DNA of 64,000 bases from Lingula anatina (Eukaryota; Animalia; Brachiopoda): contig CM120641.1 in assembly GCA_051362555.1 (NCBI GenBank), positions 20,956,001 through 21,020,000 on the forward strand. Direction: 5' to 3'. Within the stretch, counting starts at the first letter, position 1; the number at the start of each line of letters is the position of its first letter. A model generated the notes under the pieces. That model saw only the letters and a program-made list of their open reading frames with translations, ran no database searches and was not told the DNA's origin. Positions 12,001 to 24,000 of this stretch are shown here, piece after piece. Made by a program: the position numbers and the translations under genes.

Positions 12001-15000
12001 ATTTATCAGTGTAAAATATTGAGTCAAATAATTTTAAGTGATTATATGCGCTTTAACACACCTGAGAATTTAAAATGCATTCAATGTAACATTACTGAAC
12101 ATACATGCAAGTGATTATATGATCACTATATTGGGTAATAGTGTGACCTGTGTGCGATTGTAGAAGTGGTACAGTGCACAGTCTACGGGCTATACTACAT
12201 ACCTTTTTGCCGTGAATTCACGTCATCATTTAGCCAATTATATAAATACACCTAAAATACACGTATTTTCCAACTATTTAAATCTTTCTCTGGATATTGA
12301 CATCGATTTTAAAAACCTAGGACGTATTTTTTTTATTGAAACAACGCATGGGAATCATCTATTAAATGTGCAAGCTTCGCATGAAAATTCATTGTTTACA
12401 TCGATCAGATGTAGGTCAAGTGATCACGTGACCCCTTTCCGTTGCTTTGATTGGTTTAAAGGGTAGAACGGCAGCACTTGGAACTACTCGGATGTCTCCG
12501 CACTCGACAGTCGAGGATTGCCGATTGGAACGGCAGGGCTATTCATTTTGATGTTTTGGCATAAATACTATCGCAATTATCTATATGTTGGCGCATCCTA
12601 CGGTTGCCGAATTTATTGTGGATATTTTTTAACAGTTCATCTTCATGGCACCGTGAAAATTGTCTGGCCACTGGAGCTTTTCACACAATGAAACGATAGA
12701 CCAGTGTAGGTAAGGGACTATGCCCATAGTTACTATTGAACTTGAATAGGAAGTCATATACTTGTAATCTTACTGTGAACTTGAAATTGACCTTTGACCT
12801 ATTTTTCATGATGAACTGCACTTTGCAAGTTTTCTGATTTTTATATCTCCAAAACTGGCAAAGATATGCCCATAGTTACTGTTGAACTTGAATAGGAAGT
12901 CATATACTGGCAATCTAACTGTGATCCTGAAATTGACCTCTGACCTACTTTACACCATGAACTGAACTTTGCAAAATTTCCAGCCCTTATATCTCCAAAA
13001 CTGGCAGAGATACAACCATAGTTACTGTTAAACTTAAATAGGAAGTCATATACTGGCAATCTTATTGTGACCTTGGAATTGACCTTTGACCTACTATTTA
13101 TGATGAACTGCACTTTGCATGTTTCCTGGCCTTCATATCTCCAAAATTAACAAAGAAATGGCCATAGCTACCAGTGATTGGGAAGGTTCAAACCACCCAT
13201 GGGACAATGGCCCCTCCTGGGTCACCCTTAATGGGCCATTTTGAATATCAATGGGCCATCGCTTGACATTTATGGGCCATTTTTAAACATGACAAATATA
13301 TTTGAAATATCTGTATCAATATTTTTGGGAATAATATGATAAGGTTTTGCAGTTAAACTTTGTTAATATATTTATTTAGTTAAGACTTTTGTTTGTCTTT
13401 TTCAATAAAACCATTACAATGCCTTCTTTACTGAACTTATTTGAAGACTAAATGAAAAAACAAAATGATCAGAAAACATGTAATACTCATTAGTAATTGG
13501 TTTTTATTTGATGAAACCATCAACAAGAGGTAAACAATCTAGATCTCTGAAAACCTTGATTACTCAAAACTGAGAAAATGTAAATGAAATTGTCTTCACA
13601 TACTGTCTAGTACTTATTAATCAGTCTTACTGAAAAGAGATTTCATTACTTAATGAAGTAATCTCTTTTTCCTGTGCCACACATTCAGTGCATCCTCATA
13701 ACTTATCTTACTCCCAAGAATTTTAACTCTTACACTGTTCGCAGTCGTACTGGAGCCAGGGCCATAGTTGAAGCCATCGGGGTTGGAAACCTCGTGCGAC
13801 CTGAGAGTGAGAGGTGCTAGCACTAGCAGTAACACTACTGTCAGTGTCACTACTACTCGTCGTAGTGCAAGGAGGGCTGCTCTCAGAAGTTGGTACATTT
13901 TCTTCCCCCGTCTCCTTTGAGACTTCTTCCTGAACGTTGGGCAGACCCTTAGACGAAGCGGTTGAAGTAAATAAACTAACTAATGTAGGCTGGTCTGGCG
14001 AGATTTTAAAAATCTTTTTCGGCAGCATTTTTCTTTTCACTTCACCAAAGTGCTGCTTGAAAAAATCCCATGTGCTTTCAGAACAAAAAGCAAGGTTACT
14101 TCTATTTGGATAAACATGACCTATAAACTGATTGGCCAATAAGATATCAGCTTTTATTTCATTAGCATATCTATTGGGATGATGAGCTCATTGCTCTCGG
14201 CAAACTTCGGCGATTGAGTTCGATAGCTTCCAAATTCCTTCCTGAGACGTCTTCAGGTATGAGAGGAAAATTACGCTAATCAGTTGAGGAATAGTTTATT
14301 GACGAGTAGACCCTTTTTAAAAACGCGAGGTATAACAAAATCACACGCCCTTATGGCACCCAAACAGGGCTTTTTATGCGCCCAGTTAGATTCTATGCGC
14401 GTATGGCGCAATGGCGCGTTCCTTCCCAATCACTGAGCTACTATTGAACTTATATAGGAAGTCATATACTGTGACCTTGAAATTGACCTTTGACCTACTA
14501 TTTATGATGAACTGCACTTTGCATGTTTCCTGGCCTTCATATCTCCAAAATTGGCAAAGAAATGCCCATAGCTACTATTGAACTTATATAGGAAGTCATA
14601 TACTGTGACCTTGACTTTTGACCTACTTTTTCACCACAAACTGAACTCTGCATATTTTCTTGCCCCTCATATCTTCAAAACTAGCAGAGATTGCCTACTG
14701 TTGTCCCTAGGTTTTCTATTTTATCAGTATATATGCAATACTGATAACGCATTTCAAGGAAAACCAATTGGCCTATTGTCTAGAAAATCACAGTGATCAG
14801 TGTTAGGAAAATACAGGTCAATTTGAACATCTGCTTGATTGGACCATTTTAACAGTTATGTTTTTTCGATTTTTTTTTTTTTTTTTTCATATTTTGAGAA
14901 CTCTTCTTTATTCCATTTTATAGAGCTTGTCAAACACAAGACTGGTGGTGGTGGTGTCCATTTTTTTTTTTTTTTTTGGGGGGGGGGGGGTTCCGCTGGT

Positions 15001-18000
15001 GGTACAATATCCAGAGGCGGTATCGCCTCTCTGATCCTCTAGTTTTCGTATTGCTTTCTAAGACTTTCCTGGCAAATGAACTTTCTCTTGGAGGGTCTCC
15101 AGTAGGTGACTCTCATACCTAATCTTCAGGCTATTAAGCTGTCAGTCCCTTGAAATGTGACGCTACTGTCTGTAACTTGATGTGAAAAGGGTTATTTGAA
15201 TACTTGACATTTAAACATGTATAGAAATTGGGTGTTATTTAAAGATGATAATAATTGCCTGTTGTGCTTGTTCTGTTAATTTCTGAAAGGGTGGGAAAAG
15301 TTCCATCAAATAAATTTTCTTGGGGTAAATGGCAAATTTCCCATGCATAATAATAGTAAATTAATCCATTTCTACATTAAAAGTTCATTGATTTTTTTAA
15401 GTGTGGTTTTTGTCATAATGCATTAAGAGATTATTATGGTGGGTAGCCATCTTTGAAGGTCCGTGTGGTTCAATGGCAAGCACAGATTTCAGAAAAATTG
15501 TACTAATTGCTGTTTATGTTGTAAAATGAAATTTATTATATTTCTCTGTGTTGTGAACAATGTATTTATTGTGAAATTTTGAGTCTCATGTAAAGACTTT
15601 AAGCTTGGGCTTTTTCCTCTCTAGTTTTTCATATATTCAATAGTTAGTGACATTGTTGCTGGAACCCTTAAACTTCAGAAGCACAACAGTGGGATGGTTT
15701 TGTTTTATTTATCAGTAATAATAATAATAATAATACTTTAGTTCTGTCTTATTTTAAAAATTGCTGATATATTTGTAGGCCTTGTAAAGAGAACTACATA
15801 CAAACCAGAAAGTTTAAATCCCCTTTGCCACCATGGTGTAACATCCAAGATTGAAGTGGTTAAAAAGGATGGGAAGAATAAGGTAATTTAATGTTTTTAT
15901 TATCTTTCGGAAATCCAATGACAATATAATCACATATGATGATAAAGATTAATTTTGCATCTCTTGTCATTCTGTTTATTTCTCTTCTAGGGTCGAAATT
16001 TTTTTGTTTGTAATTTACCACTTGAGCAGCAGTGTGAGGTAGGTGAATGGCTTGTTGTATCAGAGAAAGTATCGAGAGGCAAGGATCTTGCATAAATTTT
16101 TCTCCAATTAGTCAAAACATGATTTTGAAAGCGCAAAAATTGATAGTTACATTAAAAATGAAACTACAACAGTTTAATGGTTGCTGGCTGAGAGAAGGCA
16201 AAATCTAGACATTCATTTTAACGTGCTTTGATATATACCATGTACATTCGAAAACAGAATCTTGCCTGTGAATTGAACTGTCAGTATAATTGAAGTCATG
16301 CTTAAAGCAGTAATAACACTTCCTTTGAGATTCAAAATTCCGCAAGAAATACATTGTAAACAACGTATGGAAATATATTCTATTGAATTTTACCACTAAA
16401 ACGGCTGTTATTGTAGTAAAACTAAAATCTGTGCTTGTCAGTAGGGCTTTCAATGCCTTTCTGCCCGGTCGTCAAGGCATCCGTTGCCAATGACATCAGG
16501 GTGTCACGCGGATTCTCGCGTTCATTCGAGACCAAAATAACTTCGGCGCCAAACGCCTGATGCAATATGCAGACGTAAGTTGCGAGTTTTTGTACTGTGC
16601 GTCGGATAACGAAAAGTCCAGAATAGCACACATTGTAGATATAAATGCATTTTGAGCTATAAGACGAATATATCTTATGAATCTTATATTATTGTTATGA
16701 AGTGTTGTTGTTGTCTGTTTTTCCCGCGGTTTTAAGTAGGTCACCAGAAACTATCGCTCAATATCGCGTGACTATGCAATGTCGGAGAGGGCTCCGTCAG
16801 TTAAAATCTCTTAAGAGATTTTAACAAAAAACCAAACGTTTAGGAAAAAAAACCTGGACTAACTTTGAATGCAGTAATGGGGTCGCTGACCATTGGTAAG
16901 TATGGGAAAATTGCCTTTTACTCCAGGAAAATCCAATTTTTGGCCAAAATGAAGAGTTATTATGACTTGAAAATTATCAAAACAAAAATAATAGATCCAG
17001 TATGGTTTTTAATTAAATATGTTGTGCATGCATGATTCAGAAAATCAGCCATGTATTAGTTTTAACAAAATATTCCAGCTGCAGGTGACATAAAGCACAC
17101 TGTAGAATCTAAAACAACAGTTTAAGCTAGTTGCTTTAAAGTTTTGGGTCAATCACTTGTGGTTGATTTTACTGTTAAATTTGATAGTGCTCTATCATTA
17201 TCTGACTTGGGAAAACGCCATTGTCTCTGCTTCAATCAATCATCAAATAAACCGTTAAAATTAAAATATTTTCTATAAATTTCCTAGTCTGTCCAACCAT
17301 CCCACCAAATCAAACTAGTAGTTATTTTTTTAAAGGGGCCTTTACACCTGTCTGTAGCCAGCAATTCCAGAGAAGGGTTCTTTTTCTTAAAGAATTTGAC
17401 CTTTTTACCCCTTTTTACTTCTTAGTTGACTCATCTTGAGAAATGACATAGTTTAAATTGTGATTCAAAGTAGTATCTGAGGATCTTCTAATCTGGAACA
17501 AAAATAGTGACAATTGGTAAGTTATAATGAAATAACTTTACCCATTTTTTTCTTCATTTCCACTGCCATTTGACATAGGGCCAGTATGAACTTTTCCCAT
17601 CTGTTTGTAGAACTTGAAAGAAAAGAACCTGCTCATAAATCTGAGACTGAAAGTTAACTTTAATTCTTTTTTCCAATTCCTGAAGTTTGTTTGCTCCATT
17701 TACAAGTTCTTGCTGGAATTATTTTTAGTTCTTCCTGTGGTCAGATGTGTACGGGACTGCATGTAGACTTCTGACTCTAGATGATGCTGACAGCAGTGAA
17801 TCCTTATGCAAGAGCTATGGTGTAGATTTCTTCAGTGAGTGTGAGTTTGGTACACGAAGAATTAAAAACTGGAGGATATATCAAAAAGGATTTCCAGTGA
17901 GTTACAGGCTGCAGTATGCATTAATGGGGATTAGAAATTGTGCTTTGTTCTAGCCTTGTTCTATAAGGTATCACATTTTTGTATTGCAGTGGCAACTTAT

Positions 18001-21000
18001 AGTGTCTGCCACATGACATTTGCCATTGAAACTTTGAACCTATTATCTGAACAAAAATAAAACTTTTCACAAGAAAAACAACTTCAGGCCATCAAGACAT
18101 ACCCTACGTGTGTCACTGCTTGTTTGTTTGTGCCAAATGTATTGTTTTTATATGTATTCCAGAAATGGGTAAGAAGGGGTTACCTTGAAGATAAGAAGCT
18201 CACAGAGAGAAAGCTATATCTCCAGCTTAGAAAGTGGAATTATTCCTCAAATTTTGCCAAAGGTTAATATGGAATTTTTTCATTCAATTATATAATTGTA
18301 ATTGTACCACCAGCGTAGGCGCTGGCGGTACACATGGTTTAAGTCCCGACCCGCCTGTTTCGCCAGCTCCGCCGCCATGTCATCATCACCGCTTCTCCTC
18401 CTAGACTACAAGGGCCTGCGTACCCATCTCTTGGATTTAGGTCACCTATAATCTCAACTCGTTCCACGTAAAATTTGGGCTTTGTCGGTGCTGAGGTCTA
18501 GGTGTGGCACTCACTGCAATGCACCCTTGTCCAAAATTGGCAAAATTAAATGTTAATTATCTACCCTACCGAAGGAATTATGGGAAAATTTTCTACAGAT
18601 GGCTGATCGAAAGTCATGTGGAGATTTCAAATACCCTTGGATTTGACCTTTACTTCAAGGTCAAATGGGCCAAAATTTTCAAAAACGTATTTTTTTACGA
18701 AAAAAAAAATTATTTGCGCTGATATTCAGAAACTACACAGACCTAACCTATAATATTATTGGCAGGTGTTACCCTTCAGGTCATCTTTCATCTCCTTGAG
18801 TTTGGGGTGAATCGGTGCATTTTGTAGTACCATAAGATACCGATACTGAAAACTGTCTCTAATTTGGGAACCGTTAATGCTAGAGACCTGTTCTTTTTTG
18901 CATTTTGTAGAGCATGTCAAGCCTAACACTGGAAGTGGTCTCCATTTTTTTTATTTCCTTATGTTTTTCGAGTTATGCTGTATCAAAACGTACACTGTCT
19001 CTAATTTGGGAACCGTTAATGCTAGAGACCTGTTCTTTTTTTGCATTTTGTAGAGCATGTCAAGCCTAACACTGGAAGTGGTCTCCATTTTTTTTTTTTT
19101 TTTATTTCCTTATGTTTTTCGAGCTATGCTGTATCAAAACGTACATTGCGTTGGTGAAAGCAAAATGTGCAATACTGTAATGCTTAATAAATTTTGAACC
19201 TCTGAAAAATAAAACAGAAGGCTTGGCGAGGCAGACAACTTCTGGTAAAAAATGACATTATTTCTTGAAATTTGAACATCTGGAACTTCTGAGCACCTCC
19301 CATTTCAAGAATTTCAACCAAAATGACCTTTTCTTAATTTCAATTAATTTCTTTTGTACAAAATTTATGGCACATAATTGTAACTCTGAAATTGTACCAT
19401 TTAGTCCCTTATATCTCCAAAACTGGCAGAGATAGGTCCATAGTTACCATTGAAGTTGAATAGGAAGTCATATATTGGCAATCTAACTGTGACCTTAAAA
19501 TTGACCTTTGACCTACTTTTTTACCATGAACTGAACTTTGCAAATTTTCCTTTCCTTTCATCTCCAAAACTGGCAGAGATAGGTTCATAGTTACTTTTGA
19601 ACTTGAATAGGAAGCCACATACTGGCAATCTAAGTGTGACCTTGAAATTGACCTTTGTATAACTTTTCATCATGAATTGAATTTTCATTCCCTTTTATCT
19701 CCAAAACTGGCAGACATACGTCCATAGTTACTATTGAAGTTAAATAGGAAATCATATACTGGTAATCTGTGACCTTGAAATTGACCTTTGACCAACTTTT
19801 CATGATAAACTATATCTCAAAAACCAGTAGAGATACACCCAAGGTTGCTGTTTATTTTAAATAGGAAGTCATGCACTGGCAATCTAACTGTGACCTTGAA
19901 ATTGACCTTTGACCTACTTTTTATGGTGAACTGCTTTTTGCATGTTTTCTGGCCTTTAAATCTCCAAAAATGGCAAAGAAATGCCCATGGTTACTATTGA
20001 ACTTGAATATAAATTCATATACTTTGATATTGAAATTGACCTTTGACCTACTTTTTCACCATGAACTGAGCTTTTTCTTTTTCTGCATATTTTCTTGCCC
20101 CTCATATCTTCAAAACTAGCAGAGATGTGCAAGGTGTTGCCCCTAGGTTTTCTCTTTTGTCAGCATATATGCAACACTGACAACATATTTCAAGGAAAAC
20201 CAATAGGCCTATTTTGTCTAGAGAATCACAGGAGTGATCAATGTTAGGAAAATACAGGTCAATTAGAAAATCTGCTTGATTGTACCATTTTTAGTTATAC
20301 TTTTTTGCATATTTTGAGAACTTGTTGATTGCATTTTATAGAGCTTGTCAAGCACAAGATTTGTGGTGGTGTCCCTTTTTTTTTGGGGGGGGGGGGGGTC
20401 CATACGAATGCACTTACTTCAGCTGGTGGTACAATATCCGGAGGCGGTATCGCCTCTCTGATCCTCTAGTTTTTTTCTGTATTTAGCTGTAGTGCAGTGT
20501 TGCTGTGGACAGGACTGGAAAACTGGCATGTTTTTCATTCAAGTTTTCTAAGTCTTGTGTGTACAGTAGGGCTGATATACAGGTCTAGATGACATTTTTA
20601 TTTCAAATGAAATACTTTCTTTACTCTTGATCCTTAGCTGGTAGTCAGCTGAATGCACTAGTGGGCTTGATTTGGTCTTAAAGTGCAATTTAAGTTCACA
20701 AATAGTCTTACATGATCTTAAACCATGAGCAAGGCCATTTCTGGTCTGACAGCCAATTATGTTGTCTCCCCTTACACATTCTCCTATTGTGAGCAGAAGT
20801 GTCCTCTATTGTGAGGGGAGGTGTCCCCCATTGTGAGGGGAGGAATCTGCTTGACCACTTAAGTAGATGTTAGATCATTTTGGACCTTAAAAGCAGATTC
20901 AGTCCATTTTAAGACTACTGCTGTAATGATTAAGATCGTGTAAGAGCACTTGTGATCTTAAATTGCATTTTAAGACCAAATCCAGCCCACTAGTGATGTC

Positions 21001-24000
21001 AGGCACGGTCATCGTAAGAAACTTTTTAAATCTATTTTACAGGATTATTTCATTGCGTTAAATGAAAATTAATTGTTATCTATTCAGTCTTGACACAGAT
21101 ACTGGACTGAATATTTGTCAACTTGTTAAAATACCAAGCAACATCTAGACAATTTGCAAGATGCTCGCATAAAAATGCTCAATTGAAAGATTATTTGTAA
21201 TAATAACTTACTTAATATTTTTGGTTTCTCTTTGTATGTTCAGGTGACTTGTGGATGATTTCAAAGACGATGGACTTCTCACCAGAGTCCACCTTCGTGG
21301 CTTACAGTGTGTTTCATGGTGTTGGCTCAACTGGAGAGCTAGAGATAGAACCACTTAGAGGATGCTTTCTGTCTGACTGGGAAGATGAGAGTTAGTACAG
21401 ATTTTTTTTTCAGTATATTTGCAACACTGATAACACATTTCAAGGAAAACTGATAAGCATATCATCTTGAAAATCACTGGAGTGATCAATCTTACTGGAA
21501 TACAGGTTGAGTTGGAAAATCAGCTTGTGTATATAAGTGTTTTTTTCCTCAGATTTGATTCTTAGGCATGTTAACAGTCTCATTATTGAACTAATTAGAT
21601 ATGTAAAAGTGTTCTTTTGACATTTTCTGCATCTTAACAATGCTGTTAGTTGATTGTATAAAAATGATGGTAAATAAAGTGTCAAAAATGGAAATAAACT
21701 CATATCATTGCAGTTTGTCAGATTCAACAATTCACTATGTTCAGGATCTAAGAATGGATCAAATTTGATATTTTAAATTGTTTTATTGATATTTTTCCTA
21801 TCTCAACAATATTCTTAATTAATCGTATAAAAATTACAGTAAATTGATTATTTTGTTTAATGTAAATTAAATTGTTGAAAATGGAAAGAAACTCATTTCA
21901 CTGCAGTCATCTCTGGTGTACATATTGGCATTTTCAAGGTGTGACTTAGAAATTTCATGGGCCTGAAGACCTTTGCTAGTCACCTTTTCTAAATATCCAT
22001 GTTGCCTGCAATGCATTATTAAAGATTGGTGGTGCCTGTGCTGTTAAGCATTATGTAATATTGCATCAAAATTAAAGAAAACCCTATTTTGGGCACTGCC
22101 ACCATAGTGACCATTAAAAGAAAACCATGTCACTTACTCTTCTCAATCTTACAGGAAGGAAACATAGGACTTTTTTTATTTAAAAATACAGTTTTAGCTG
22201 GAAAACAAGTCTGATTGCTTTTTTCTGGAAGTTAAACAGGCTTTTGTGAAAATTTAATTTTTCACATATTGGCATTTTCAAGGTGTGACTTTGAACCTGC
22301 GTGGGCATGAGGACCTTTGCTAGTCACATTTTCTGAAAATCCATGATACTTTTATTTTATTATTAAAAATGGATGGACATTAGGCTGTTAAGCATTATGT
22401 AATATTGCATAAAAGTTGAAGAAAACCGTATTTTGGACACTGCTATAAGGGGACCATTAAGGGAAAACCATGCTACTTATGATTCTCAAACTTACTGAAA
22501 GGATTCATAAGACTGAAGTGCAGCTTGTGTTGGAAAATCAGTGTGATTGCTTTCTGTTTTAGAAGCAATGCAGTTCTTTATGAAAATTTCATTTTTCAAA
22601 TAGTCTTTAATGGTACTTGGATACAATTAGTGGTCAGTGTTGGGTAATCACTAGCTAAGTTCAGGGCTATTAAGTCACTTGCCTAATTAAGTTTCAAGCG
22701 GCCATTAAATGAGATTACATAAAATACATGTTGAGATTTCCCTGTAAACTCCCATAACTTTAGCTCACTGACAAATTCAGTTTGTAAAAGTCTAAATTAA
22801 CAGTGTTACATAATTAGGAATCAGTGATAATTATGCAGGTAAATGTTGTTTAATATAATTGCAAATAAGTTTACAAAAAATATTTTATATAATGCCAGCA
22901 TTAATGCTTTAGATGAATAACAGTGCCTTATTACCCTCAAACTCAATCATAAATGGGGTTATTCATATCATGTTAATACAGCTAGATTAAAAGTTTGAAT
23001 TAAAGCTTTATTGGAATATTTTTTGTTATGTTGTCTTTTTAATCTTTTGATTTTATTTTTCAAACACTGGCATTTTCAAGATGTGACTTGTAACTCCCAT
23101 CTACCTGAAGCTGTATACCTCTTCTATATTTCCACATAAGCAATAGTATTGGTATTTATGTCTTTAAACATTGTTTTATTATTTTATGCACTGTCATAAT
23201 TTTTTCACATATTGGCAATTTCATTATGTGAATTTTAACAATTTTGCCTCTTTGTTCTGTATTTGGCTCATAAATTATTATTTTTTCCTTCTACAGCCTT
23301 GTGCTATGCCATCCGTGGTGCCAATTTCAAGAATGAAATAGCATGTCTTTACAACCTACAGAAAAATGTCTGTCCACAGAAAGTGCCTATACTGCCACAT
23401 TTATTAAGCAGGGATGCTGACAGGTAAAAAACTTTTATCTGGAGTGACAGGTCTGATACATTATGACCTGCTTCTTTACATTTAAGTCTCCATATGTACA
23501 CCCTTATCGGACTCTAGAAACATCTATACCCATCCAGTCATCTACATTTTCTGGTTCTAAGGAAAGGCATAAGATCTAGGTAAAACTTGTCTAAAAATGT
23601 TTTACTGAGAGTAACAGTGAAATGCTACTGAAGTTAAGAAACAGCAGGTGGGGATGTATGGAGATTAGATCATGGAGAAGCTGGTCAGCCTGGCTCTAAA
23701 CCCCAGGTTAAGGACATTGGGAGATGGTTCCACTGTTGGTGTGTGCTTGATTCTTATGTGGGAAAAATATTGTACAAGACTTTAATAGATAGATATTATA
23801 TGGGACAAAATTCACAGCTACGATGATTTGACTTATCAGGTATGATTTTAAGAATCCTTTGTCCACATACATTTATATTTATCCAACCAATATGAAAATG
23901 GTTGTAGGGAATTTCTTCCTTCATTATTGATCAATTTGGTAATAAAAAATGATGAAGTGTGTTTTGTTGATTGAAATTAGAATTTTTCTTTTTTAGCATG

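Larger units (their letters stand above)
8781..12720 (+). mobile_element. Academ-like DNA transposon, degenerate, with spliced ORF remnant
   Basis: Termini TAGTCCC...GGGACTA, long imperfect inverted repeats (~8840-9050 vs ~12425-12670), and a 3-bp TSD TGC (8778-8780 / 12721-12723). Broken exon ~9083-9443 (CCMH..W..W..HFSCYRKLTNK) splices in frame to 11044-~11175 (..KKLRS..VLPAICIICKK). Superfamily is assigned from TAG termini and TSD length. Confidence 0.65.
7447..15043 (+). mobile_element. HINE copy 2 with nested Academ-like and hAT elements
   Basis: 5' hairpin as in copy 1; 3' end GCTGGTGGTACAA (subTIR), GAGGCGGTATCGCCTC hairpin, then CTCTAGTT; ~123-bp arrays interrupted at 8781-12720 and 13172-14435. 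Confidence 0.85.

Noticed and set aside
16170-17260. CpG-richer segment with a short palindrome (GTTAAAATCTCTTAAGAGATTTTAAC) as a promoter or transposon
   Set aside because: Probably a transposon relic, but convincing TIRs, a TSD or coding motifs could not be defined.
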